A DNA stretch of 64,000 nucleotides, taken from Desulfobacterales bacterium (lineage in GTDB: Bacteria > Desulfobacterota > Desulfobacteria > Desulfobacterales > JAHEIW01). Position numbers and translations under genes: made by a program. The stretch covers positions 6,483 through 70,482 of the forward strand of contig JASFNW010000003.1 in assembly GCA_050116835.1 (NCBI GenBank), written 5' to 3'. Shown piece after piece: positions 8,261 to 17,110 of this stretch. The notes beneath the pieces were generated by a model. It did no database searches and had not been told where the DNA came from. It saw only the letters and a program-made list of their open reading frames with translations. Position 1 is the first letter of the stretch. Each line of letters starts with the position of its first letter.

Positions 8261-9560
8261 TATTTTGATCCTGAACGGTACCATCCTCACAATGGATAAC
8301 GACCAGACCATTTTAAAAGACGGCGGGTTGGCCATCGCCGAAGACCGCATTACCGCGATCGGGCCGGCTGCAGAATTTTCAGAGTGGCGGGCTTCGCAGG
8401 TGATCGACGTCGGCGGCGGAATCATCATGCCGGGCCTGATCAATACCCACACCCACGCCGCCATGACCTGCTTCAGAGGGCTGGCGGACGACCTTCAATT
8501 AATGTCCTGGCTTAACGATCATATTTTTCCGGCTGAAGCCAAACTGGATGAGCAAAAGGTCTATAGCGCCACCCTGCTGGCCTGCGCGGAAATGATTATG
8601 TCGGGCACCACCTGTTTTTGCGATATGTACCTGTTTGAGGATGCCGTGGCCCATGCCGCCGGTGATGCCGGTATGCGGGCGGTGGTCGGGGAAGTCCTGT
8701 ATGATTTTGATTCACCCAATTATGGGCCCATCGCCCAAGGATTCGAATATACCCGCAAGCTGGTCGATACCTGGCAACATCACCCGCGGGTCAGCATTGC
8801 CGTAGAACCGCATTCAGCCTATTTGTGCGCACCTGAATTGCTGCAGGAAGCATTTGACCTGGCACAGGATTTCAAGCTGCCGCTGGTAATCCATCTGGCT
8901 GAATCCGAAAGTGAAGTCGCGCAGGTTAAAGAACGTTTTGATCGGACACCGGTGCAACACCTTGCTGAACTCGGGCTTCTGGCCCCGAATGTGGTGGCCT
9001 GTCATTGTGTGGAGTTAACAGAAAAAGATATTACCTTGCTGAAACGTTATGATGTCAAAGTCGCACACAATGCGGAAAGCAACATGAAACTGGCCTCCGG
9101 CGTGGCGCCGATTCCCAAATTATTAGATGAGGGCATTTGCGTGGGATTGGGAACGGATGGTTGCGCCAGTAACAACAATCTGGATCTGTTTCTGGAAATG
9201 GATACCGTGGCCAAGCTCCATAAGGCCAAAACATTAGACCCCACCGTAATGGATGCACAGACGGTTCTTAAAATGGCCACCCTCAGAGGCGCACAGGTTT
9301 TGGGCCTTGAGTCGCATATCGGTTCGCTTGAAACAGGTAAAAAAGCCGATCTGATTATCGTTGACACGGCAAGACCGCATTTGACGCCCATGTACAACCC
9401 GGTTTCCCATATGGTGTATGCGGCGCAGGGCAGCGATGTTACGACAGTGATCATTGAGGGTGCCATTGTGATGGAGGACGGGCAGCTTAAAACCATGAAT
9501 CTCGACAGCGTTTTAGATGATGTCAACCGGATCGCACGGGACATCATAGCCGGAAAATAA
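8241..9560 (+). CDS. mtaD: amidohydrolase, MtaD-type 5'-methylthioadenosine/S-adenosylhomocysteine deaminase
   Basis: Contains MPGLINTHTH..MT.FRGLADDL.L..WL and GTDGCASNN motifs. ATG 8241 overlaps the PNP 3' end by 20 nt. Confidence 0.85.
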   Translation: MKPKSTDILILNGTILTMDNDQTILKDGGLAIAEDRITAIGPAAEFSEWRASQVIDVGGGIIMPGLINTHTHAAMTCFRGLADDLQLMSWLNDHIFPAEAKLDEQKVYSATLLACAEMIMSGTTCFCDMYLFEDAVAHAAGDAGMRAVVGEVLYDFDSPNYGPIAQGFEYTRKLVDTWQHHPRVSIAVEPHSAYLCAPELLQEAFDLAQDFKLPLVIHLAESESEVAQVKERFDRTPVQHLAELGLLAPNVVACHCVELTEKDITLLKRYDVKVAHNAESNMKLASGVAPIPKLLDEGICVGLGTDGCASNNNLDLFLEMDTVAKLHKAKTLDPTVMDAQTVLKMATLRGAQVLGLESHIGSLETGKKADLIIVDTARPHLTPMYNPVSHMVYAAQGSDVTTVIIEGAIVMEDGQLKTMNLDSVLDDVNRIARDIIAGK

Positions 9561-9693
9561 GGGCCTCGGGGAAGTTGGTTTAAATTCTTGGCCATCGCGC
9601 GGTGCGTTGCACAGTAACGGATTATCTATTTTGACATAGAATAGCGCTTTCAACAGGTGAAATGATATCGGATTTTAGACGAAAAGGTGAACG

Positions 9694-11010
9694 ATGACTT
9701 ACGATCTTGTCATCCACAACGGCACGCTTGTGACCGCCAATCGGCGATTTGAGATAATCCCCGATGGACTGCTGTGCATCAACGGAGACAAACTTGAACG
9801 CCTCGGGACCATTGCTGCCGAGCAACCACTGCCCGCAGCAACTGAAACGATCGATGCCGGCGGCGGCTTGATCATGCCGGGCCTGGTGAACAGTCACACC
9901 CATTTGCCCATGACTCTGTTTCGCGGTTTGGCCGACGACCTGCCGCTGGACAGCTGGTTGAACGACCATATCTTTCCGGCTGAAAGCGCTCACCTTCAAC
10001 CCGATAGCGTGCGCTGGGGGACGCTGCTGGCATGCGCTGAAATGCTGCTTTCAGGCACCACCACTTGCTGCGATGGGTATTTTTTTGAAGACCAAGTGGC
10101 CGAGGCCGTTGAAACCAGTGGTATGCGCGCCGTATTAGGCCAGGGGGTTATCGATTTTCCGGCGCCGGGGGTACCGGATCCCGAACACAATATAAAAATT
10201 CCGCGTGCGTTCATATCCAAATGGCAGCAAAGGTCTGCTTTGATCACCCCATCGGTGTTTTGCCATTCAGCGTACACCTGCAGCGGCGAAACTTTGAAAA
10301 ACGCCAAAAGGTTGAGTACGGACGCCGGCCTGCGCTTTCAAATCCATGCGGCCGAGACACAAGTCGAGGTCCGGCAGATCCGGCAAAAATATAACACCAC
10401 ACCCATCGGTTATTTAGATCAACTGGGGACACTGGATGAAAATACCTTATTGGTGCACTGTGTCTGGTTAGAGGAAGCGGATATTGAACGGATTGTAAAA
10501 AGCAAGGCCTGTATTTCCCATAATCCGGAAAGCAATGCCAAATTGGCTGCCGGAATCGCCCCGGCACCGCAACTTCTAAGAGCCGGCATCACGCTTGGGC
10601 TCGGGACCGATGGATGTGCAAGTAATAACAACCTGGATATGTATCATGAAATGGACATGGCTGCCAAAATTCACAAGGCAAAAACACATGATCCCACCAC
10701 CATGGATGCCCGAACCGTCGTAGAAATGGCTACCATCGGTGGCGCCCGGGCGATCGGGCTGGATCAGCAAATCGGTTCGCTCGAAGAGGGCAAACAAGCC
10801 GATGTGATCGTCGTCGAGAGCCGCAGCCCGCACCTGACGCCGATGTATCATCCTGAGTCCCATATCGTTTATACCGCAAAAAGCGCAGATGTTCGGGATG
10901 TGATCGTCGCCGGACGCATCCTGGTGCGCAATCGACAGATTCTCAGTTTGGATGTTGAGCGAATTATGTCAGAAGTCAACGAGATTGCCGATCAAATTCA
11001 AAGGAAATAA
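9694..11010 (+). CDS. second MtaD-type nucleoside deaminase paralog
   Basis: 438 aa that is colinear with the preceding ORF (MPGLVNSHTHLPMTLFRGLADDLPLDSWL, GTDGCASNNNLDM). An AAAGGTGA SD lies upstream. Confidence 0.85.
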   Translation: MTYDLVIHNGTLVTANRRFEIIPDGLLCINGDKLERLGTIAAEQPLPAATETIDAGGGLIMPGLVNSHTHLPMTLFRGLADDLPLDSWLNDHIFPAESAHLQPDSVRWGTLLACAEMLLSGTTTCCDGYFFEDQVAEAVETSGMRAVLGQGVIDFPAPGVPDPEHNIKIPRAFISKWQQRSALITPSVFCHSAYTCSGETLKNAKRLSTDAGLRFQIHAAETQVEVRQIRQKYNTTPIGYLDQLGTLDENTLLVHCVWLEEADIERIVKSKACISHNPESNAKLAAGIAPAPQLLRAGITLGLGTDGCASNNNLDMYHEMDMAAKIHKAKTHDPTTMDARTVVEMATIGGARAIGLDQQIGSLEEGKQADVIVVESRSPHLTPMYHPESHIVYTAKSADVRDVIVAGRILVRNRQILSLDVERIMSEVNEIADQIQRK

Positions 11011-11011
11011 A

Positions 11012-12721
11012 ATGAATATGACCGAAATTATTAAAGCCGCTCACGGCGAAAAACCCGTTGATGTGCTTCTCACCAACGGACGTATGGTCAATGTTTTAAC
11101 CGGTGAAATCGAACAGCAGGCAATCGCCATCAGCGATGGTTTTATTGTCGGTTTCGGCCAATATAAAGCCGAAAAGACTTTGGATTTAAACAACCGCTTT
11201 GTCGCGCCCGGCTTTATCGATTCCCACGTTCATATCGAAAGCGCCATGACCTGCATTTCCGAGTTTGCCCGGGCGGTCGTGGTGCATGGTACAACGGCCA
11301 TAGCCGCCGATCCGCATGAAATCGCCAATGTGATGGGGGCAGAGGGCATTGCTTATATGCTGCAATCGGCAAAAGAACAACCGGTCAATATTTACTTCAC
11401 ACTGCCTTCATGCGTGCCGGCAACTGATATGGAAACCGCCGGCGCCCGTCTGAACGCCGAAGATCTTGCACCCTTTTTTGATCATGAGAGAATTGTGGCG
11501 CTGGCTGAAATGATGAACTATCCGGGTGTCATCTTTGGCGACCCGGAAGTTCTGGCCAAAATACGCGCGGCCAAAAAGCACCGTAAGCCGGTCGACGGTC
11601 ATGCGCCCGGACTCAAGGGGCAGGCGCTGAATGCGTATGTCGCTGCCGGAGTGCAAAGTGATCATGAATGCACCACCGCCCGGGAAGCCAGAGAGAAGCT
11701 CGCTGCCGGGATGCATATTATGATCCGTCAGGGAACCGGCGCTAAAAATTTACAGGCACTGCTGGAGGCGGTAAACGCACGAACAGCCAGACGTATGATG
11801 TGGTGTACCGATGATCGCCACCCCCATGACCTGATCACAGAGGGCCATATCGATTCGATTGTGCGCGAAGCCATTCAATCCGGCCTGGACCCAATTTTAG
11901 CCATTCAAATGGCTACCCTAAATCCGGCTGAATATTTCCGATTGGACCACCTGGGCGCTATCGCGCCCGGCCGCCAGGCTGATCTGTTGGTATTTTCCAA
12001 TTTGCAAAAACCGATTGTCGAACAGGTATATTGCCGCGGTCTATTAACGGCTGAGAACGGAAAGGTTTTACCGCATATTCAAACACCGCCGTCTGCCACC
12101 ATTGCCCCGTCGATACAGGTTGATTTGCGGAAGATCGACTTGGCCATTGCTGACCAAAACAAGAGGATTCGGGCCATTGAAATCGAAGCCAATCAGTTGA
12201 TTACCCATGAGCGCATCGAACAGCCGACTATCGAGAACGGTCAGGCCGTAAGCGATCCATCAAGGGATTTGCTCAAAATCGCTGTTGTCGAACGCCACAG
12301 CGGCAGCGGTAATATCGGCAAAGGCTTTGTTAAAGGCTTCGGCCTCAGACACGGCGCCCTTGCCTCCAGTGTCGCCCACGATTCACACAATATCATCATT
12401 GTGGGCACAACCGATGCGGACATGCAAGCAGCATTGCAAACCGTGGTACAAATGGGCGGTGGTCTGGCAGCCGTGTCAAACCAAAAAGTTCTTGCCCGTC
12501 TGGCTTTGCCGCTGGCCGGTTTGATGTCTTTTGAACCGGTCGGTGAGGTGCGCAATCAACTGGACCGCTTGATCGGCAGCGTGCACAAGCTGGGAAGCGT
12601 CCTACCGGATCCTTTTATGACGCTATCCTTTTTGGCATTGCCGGTCATACCGGCATTGAAGCTGACCGATAAAGGCCTGATCGATGTAAACCGGTTTGAA
12701 GTTGTTTCTTTATTTGTGTGA
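11012..12721 (+). CDS. ade: adenine deaminase
   Basis: About 569 aa with PGFIDSHVHIES and the length and architecture typical of Ade. ATG 11012 follows an AAAGGAAA SD. Confidence 0.85.
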   Translation: MNMTEIIKAAHGEKPVDVLLTNGRMVNVLTGEIEQQAIAISDGFIVGFGQYKAEKTLDLNNRFVAPGFIDSHVHIESAMTCISEFARAVVVHGTTAIAADPHEIANVMGAEGIAYMLQSAKEQPVNIYFTLPSCVPATDMETAGARLNAEDLAPFFDHERIVALAEMMNYPGVIFGDPEVLAKIRAAKKHRKPVDGHAPGLKGQALNAYVAAGVQSDHECTTAREAREKLAAGMHIMIRQGTGAKNLQALLEAVNARTARRMMWCTDDRHPHDLITEGHIDSIVREAIQSGLDPILAIQMATLNPAEYFRLDHLGAIAPGRQADLLVFSNLQKPIVEQVYCRGLLTAENGKVLPHIQTPPSATIAPSIQVDLRKIDLAIADQNKRIRAIEIEANQLITHERIEQPTIENGQAVSDPSRDLLKIAVVERHSGSGNIGKGFVKGFGLRHGALASSVAHDSHNIIIVGTTDADMQAALQTVVQMGGGLAAVSNQKVLARLALPLAGLMSFEPVGEVRNQLDRLIGSVHKLGSVLPDPFMTLSFLALPVIPALKLTDKGLIDVNRFEVVSLFV

Positions 12722-12748
12722 GTCTTTCGGAACCCGCTTGACTTATCA

Positions 12749-12777
12749 TTGACACCGACGGCCCTTTACACTATACT
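12749..12777 (+). promoter_or_regulatory. near-consensus sigma70 promoter (TTGACA-17 nt-TATACT) for the sensory module
   Basis: TTGACA lies at 12749-12754 and TATACT at 12772-12777, about 100 nt upstream of the first DRTGG gene. Confidence 0.6.
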
Positions 12778-12878
12778 TTGCTGGCCTTAAGTATTCGGTA
12801 TGTTTCATTTTTGCCTTTTTAACCAGCTGGTGATAACCCAAACGGTCTTTTGAACCCATCGGAAAATGGAATCGGTAA

Positions 12879-13232
12879 ATGAAGATATCAGAAATTGTTG
12901 ACGCGCTGGATGCGACAGTCTTAGCCGGAGAGGACAAACTGGATGAAATCATCACCAGGTGCGGCGCCAGTGACCTGATGAGTGACGTGCTGGCCGGATT
13001 TTCTGAAGATTGTATCCTTTTAACCGGTTTGACGACCGTGCAGGTCATCCGCACGGCAATGGTGGCCGGGGTCGGGGCGGTGGTCATTGTCAGAAAGAAA
13101 CAGCCACCCCAGGAGGTAATTGATATGGCCAAAGACCAGGGTATTCCCCTGATATCAACCCCGTATTCGATGTTTGTCTCCTGCGGCAGATTGCATGCCT
13201 GCAATCTGACCGGGCTCGATGGGCAACGATAA
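12879..13232 (+). CDS. DRTGG domain protein
   Basis: 117 aa, a paralog of ORFs 6236..6589 and 15075..15425. Confidence 0.8.
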   Translation: MKISEIVDALDATVLAGEDKLDEIITRCGASDLMSDVLAGFSEDCILLTGLTTVQVIRTAMVAGVGAVVIVRKKQPPQEVIDMAKDQGIPLISTPYSMFVSCGRLHACNLTGLDGQR

Positions 13233-13293
13233 CCTGTCATGGGTCCCTGCCCGGCCACACCGAACAACCGCACAATCTAAAAATTTTAGACCC

Positions 13294-13734
13294 ATGCCCC
13301 AATTAAAAAGAAGCTTTCCGATCAAAGCCAGAGATTTCATTCGTGCGGGCGAAGCCTCGATCAATGTTCAAAATCTTCTCAAATCAATGGATTTCGAACC
13401 GCGCCTGATTCGGCGGATCGCCATCTGCGGCTATGAGAGCGAAATGAACGTGGTCATGCACGGTGGTGACGGCAAGCTGAGTATTGAACTGGACAGCGAC
13501 CGGCTGATTTTGGAAGTAAAGGATGATGGCCCGGGGATAGAAGACATTGAGCTGGCCATGCAGGCCGGCTACTCAACGGCCAACGATGACCATCGTGAGA
13601 TGGGTTTTGGCGCCGGCATGGGACTGCCGAACATGAAAAAAAATTCAGACCGGATTCATATCGAATCTCTAAAAAACAACGGCACCATCGTTCGAATGAT
13701 TTTTTTCATCCCTGACAAAGGAAAAATCGATTGA
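13294..13734 (+). CDS. GHKL-type anti-sigma-factor-like Ser/Thr kinase (RsbW/SpoIIAB-like HATPase_c)
   Basis: Has an N-box (ESEMNVVMHG), G1 (DDGPGI) and G2 (GFGAGMGL). The start was chosen at ATG 13294, and the upstream part of the ORF overlaps the DRTGG gene. Confidence 0.75.
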   Translation: MPQLKRSFPIKARDFIRAGEASINVQNLLKSMDFEPRLIRRIAICGYESEMNVVMHGGDGKLSIELDSDRLILEVKDDGPGIEDIELAMQAGYSTANDDHREMGFGAGMGLPNMKKNSDRIHIESLKNNGTIVRMIFFIPDKGKID

Positions 13735-15041
13735 GCAAAAAGCTAACCTCAACTTGTTTTGTCCGTTTTGACCAAGACCTGTGCGCCGGCCGCGGGCAAT
13801 GTCTGAAGGTCTGCCCCACCAAAGCCATCCGGATCAAAAACAAGAAGGCCGTGCGGATTGTTGAGCAATGTATCGGTTGCGGGGAATGCATTCGCGTCTG
13901 CCGCGAACGCGCCGTGAGTGCAGCAACCGAGGGACCTGAAATCCTCAGCGACGATCAAGTTGCTATTGCGCTGGTATCACCGGTTCTCTACGCGCAGTTT
14001 CCCGGAGTCATGCCCAAGGATGTGCTGCTCGGTCTCCGTCAAATGGGTTTCCAACACACTATCGACATGTCCTATTTTCTTGAAATGTTCCAGTATGCCA
14101 CCGAAGAATTCATCAGTCGCAACCGCACGTCCAAACAGGCCCCCTGGCCCCTGATTTCACCCATATGCCCGATTGTCGTTCGGCTGATTGCCTTTAAATT
14201 TCCCAACCTGTTGCCCAACGTCCTGCCGGTACTGCGGCCGGTGGCCTTGATGGCGCGCGAAGTCAAACGACACCTCATTCCCGAATACCTGGACAAAGAC
14301 CGGGCGGTTGTTTTATACTACATCAACCCCTGCCCGACCAAAAAAGATCCCGTATGTTTGCCGGCACGCAAACGGCCTGTGCCGACAGAAATTGCTCTGG
14401 GAATCAACGATATCTATCCGGAACTGTTAAGACATGTGGAGCAGATTAAAGCAGCGGATGCCATTCCCTTCTATCAGACCCGTTTTGAATACGAAACATG
14501 TGCCACCGGCAACGCCTCCATGTGGGGCATGTCCGGCGGCGAAATCGCCGACATGGATATCGAGCGGTCCCTGGCGGTTTCAGGCATAGAGGAAACCATT
14601 CACTATCTTGAAAAAATCGAAATGGGGCTGTTTCAGGATATTGAATATATCGAGTTGCGCACCTGTCGGGAAGGCTGCCTGGGCGGCGTGCTCAACGCCA
14701 TCGATAAATATCTGGCCAAAAGCACCGTTCAAAAAATGATCAAAAGATACGGCCTTGGCCGCCGCTTGCATCGCGAAAATATTTTGCGGATGTACGAGAA
14801 AGGCGAGTTTCAAAGCGAAAAGGATCCGTCCAAGCTGACAAGTCTGTTTGGCGCCCGCAAAGCGGCGCTGTCAATTGATTCGATGCAAGAAATTGACAAA
14901 GTGATGCAGCTGATCAAAGGGGCCAACTGCACTGTATGCGGCGCTCCAGACTGCCGTACATTTGCCGAAGATGTAGTGCGGGGCGAAGCGGTTTTAAAAG
15001 AATGTCTGTTCATCGCTGCGCAAAGGAAGACAAAACGGTAA
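13731..15041 (+). CDS. HydS-like (putative sensory) [FeFe]-hydrogenase large-subunit homolog with N-terminal 2x[4Fe-4S] and C-terminal RnfB-type Fe-S domain
   Basis: Ferredoxin motifs are CAGRGQCLKVCP and CIGCGECIRVC. H-cluster-like motifs are SPICP, NPCPTKKD and ELRTCREGCLGG. The C-terminus carries GANCTVCGAPDC. The TTG start overlaps the previous stop codon. Confidence 0.8.
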   Translation: MSKKLTSTCFVRFDQDLCAGRGQCLKVCPTKAIRIKNKKAVRIVEQCIGCGECIRVCRERAVSAATEGPEILSDDQVAIALVSPVLYAQFPGVMPKDVLLGLRQMGFQHTIDMSYFLEMFQYATEEFISRNRTSKQAPWPLISPICPIVVRLIAFKFPNLLPNVLPVLRPVALMAREVKRHLIPEYLDKDRAVVLYYINPCPTKKDPVCLPARKRPVPTEIALGINDIYPELLRHVEQIKAADAIPFYQTRFEYETCATGNASMWGMSGGEIADMDIERSLAVSGIEETIHYLEKIEMGLFQDIEYIELRTCREGCLGGVLNAIDKYLAKSTVQKMIKRYGLGRRLHRENILRMYEKGEFQSEKDPSKLTSLFGARKAALSIDSMQEIDKVMQLIKGANCTVCGAPDCRTFAEDVVRGEAVLKECLFIAAQRKTKR

Positions 15042-15074
15042 TCCGCCAAATCGACATGAAAGGATGCTGCCAAA

Positions 15075-15425
15075 ATGGTGGTCAAAGACCTGGTGGAAAG
15101 ATTCGAACTCGAGGTGGCCGGCGGGCAAAATGGGCTCGACCGCGAGGTGAACGGGGGATATTGCGGCGATCTGTTAAGCGAGGTGATGGGCAACGCCCCG
15201 GCCGGAAGTGTCTGGTTAACCGTTCAGGGGCATCAGAATATCGTGGCCGTTGCGGTGCTGCGCGAATTGGCCGCTATTATCATTACCGGCGGCCAGAAAC
15301 CGGATGCGGAAACCATCCAAAAAGCGGACCAGGAAGGCATTCCAGTTTTGCAGGGCCCGGATTCGTCATTTCGACTGGCCGGTCGACTTTTCAGCGCCGG
15401 GGTCGGGAACCCATCATCCGAATAA
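15075..15425 (+). CDS. DRTGG domain protein
   Basis: 116 aa with LDREVNGGYCGDLLSEVMGNA...NIVAVAVLRELAAIIITGG, typical of the DRTGG proteins found in hydrogenase loci. Confidence 0.8.
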   Translation: MVVKDLVERFELEVAGGQNGLDREVNGGYCGDLLSEVMGNAPAGSVWLTVQGHQNIVAVAVLRELAAIIITGGQKPDAETIQKADQEGIPVLQGPDSSFRLAGRLFSAGVGNPSSE

Positions 15426-15483
15426 TCTGCGATCCGGGAGAAATAGCAGCGCAGAGGTGAGCGTACATAAAAATTTAATCACT

Positions 15484-15555
15484 AAGGTCACGAAGCGCAG
15501 GAAGGCCATAAAGAAAGCATTCATAATTATCATTAATCCGTCTGTGTTCTTCGTC
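15484..15555. repeat. degenerate ~70-nt intergenic repeat (copy 1)
   Basis: AAGGTCACGAAGCGCAGG...ATAAAGAAAGC...TGTGTTCTTCGTC aligns by eye with the reverse complement of 16401..16465. Confidence 0.5.
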
Positions 15556-15653
15556 TGCTTCGGGGTTAGAAAGTAGTACCAAATGAAACAATTAATGGTT
15601 GCAAGCATGATTTGGAACCCATTTTGTTTTATGGCGGTGGAGGAATTCAGCCG

Positions 15654-16391
15654 GTGTTAAAAAAAATCAAAGCCGACCTCCACATTCACTCCTGCCTCTC
15701 ACCCTGCAGTGACTGGGACATGAGCCCCAGAAAGATTGTTGAAAAAAGTCTCGAGCAGCAGCTTGATTTAATCGCCATTTGTGATCACAATACCGCCGAG
15801 AACGTTGCCGCAACCATGCGCGCGGGCAAGCGGCAGGGTATTGCTGTTCTGCCGGGAATGGAAATTTGCTCCAGGGAAGAAGTGCATCTGGTCACCCTCT
15901 TTGAAAGAATCGAAGATGCCCGGAAAATGCAGGAATTTATTTACAAGCATCTCAGCGGTAAAAATCAGCCACAGGTATTCGGGCATCAGGTGGTTGCCGA
16001 TGAGCACGATCAAGTCCTGGGCGAAAATTCCCGCCTGCTGATCGGCGCCACCGGGCTGAGTTTGATTGATATTGTGAACAAGGCTCATCACATCGGTGGC
16101 ATCTGTATCAGTTCCCATGTGGACCGCCCATCTTACAGTTTAATCGGTCAGCTGGGATTTATTCCCGAAGATCTTCAATTAGACGCCGTCGAGGTATCCT
16201 ACCGCGTGCCCCTTAAAAAAGCGCGCATCCAGATTCCGGGCATCGGCAGCTATCCGTGCGTGACAGCTTCGGATGCTCATTTTTTACACGACATCGGCAA
16301 GGTGTGGACGGAATTCTTTCTAGCTGCGCCAAGCTTTGAAGAACTGGCGCTGGCATTAACCGGCAAAGAAGGACGCCATATCATCAATTAG
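15654..16391 (+). CDS. PHP (polymerase/histidinol phosphatase) domain protein
   Basis: Contains KADLHIHSCLSPCSD and ICDHNT motifs. GTG 15654 with a GGAGGA SD 8 nt upstream is preferred over TTG 15612. Confidence 0.8.
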   Translation: MLKKIKADLHIHSCLSPCSDWDMSPRKIVEKSLEQQLDLIAICDHNTAENVAATMRAGKRQGIAVLPGMEICSREEVHLVTLFERIEDARKMQEFIYKHLSGKNQPQVFGHQVVADEHDQVLGENSRLLIGATGLSLIDIVNKAHHIGGICISSHVDRPSYSLIGQLGFIPEDLQLDAVEVSYRVPLKKARIQIPGIGSYPCVTASDAHFLHDIGKVWTEFFLAAPSFEELALALTGKEGRHIIN

Positions 16392-16400
16392 TTTCCATCC

Positions 16401-16465
16401 GGGAAGAACACAAAGAAATTGATGATTTTACTTTATTCCGCGTGCACCTTGATGACCTTTATGGT
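16401..16465. repeat. degenerate ~70-nt intergenic repeat (copy 2, inverted)
   Basis: The reverse complement ACCATAAAGGTCATCAAGGTGCACGCGGAATAAAG...TGTGTTCTTCCC matches copy 1. Confidence 0.5.
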
Positions 16466-16535
16466 AAAAAAAAATTGTCCGATAATCGCAGACGGCCAAT
16501 CATCGACCGACAATGACTTTGAAAATTAGATTTAT

Positions 16536-17093
16536 ATGCGTGAGTTATCCTTACATATATTAGATGTCGTCGAAAACGGAATTACCGCCGGGGCGAATTG
16601 CATCTGGATCAAGGTTGAAGAAGACCATCAGTCCGATCAGCTTAAAATCGCAATTCGCGATAACGGCCGGGGCATGCCGATTGAAAAACTGCAGAATATC
16701 AACGATCCCTTTATCACATCCCGTATCACGCGCAGGGTCGGTTTGGGGCTCTCGCTATTAGCCGCCGCGGCCGAGCGCTGCGAAGGGACTGTGCGGGCTG
16801 ACACGGTACCCGGCAAAGGGACCGAGGTTGAAGCAACCTTTCAACATAGCCATATCGACCGCGCCCCACTAGGCGATATGGCGGCCACGATTACAACGCT
16901 TATCATCGGAAACCCGGGAATTGATTTTGTCTATTCACATCGCATCGATGGCGAGGAATTTAGTCTGGATACGCGTGAATTCCGGGCCGAAATGGAAGAT
17001 CTATCACTGTCTGACCCGGTGGTTGTCCATCATTTAGCCGAATCGATCCGATCCTCGCTCAAAGAACTGACGACAAATGAAGATGCATCTTAA
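16536..17093 (+). CDS. GHKL-superfamily ATP-binding protein (histidine-kinase-like ATPase without sensor or DHp domain)
   Basis: 185 aa with HILDVVENG (N-box), IRDNGRGMP (G1) and GLGLSLL (G2). Confidence 0.75.
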   Translation: MRELSLHILDVVENGITAGANCIWIKVEEDHQSDQLKIAIRDNGRGMPIEKLQNINDPFITSRITRRVGLGLSLLAAAAERCEGTVRADTVPGKGTEVEATFQHSHIDRAPLGDMAATITTLIIGNPGIDFVYSHRIDGEEFSLDTREFRAEMEDLSLSDPVVVHHLAESIRSSLKELTTNEDAS

Positions 17094-17110
17094 ATCTCAG
17101 GAGGCAACAG

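Noticed and set aside
14936-15460. 174-aa + strand ORF spanning the HydS-like 3' end and the DRTGG gene.
   Set aside because: It is out of frame with two well-supported genes, and its translation is an Arg/Gly-rich shadow.
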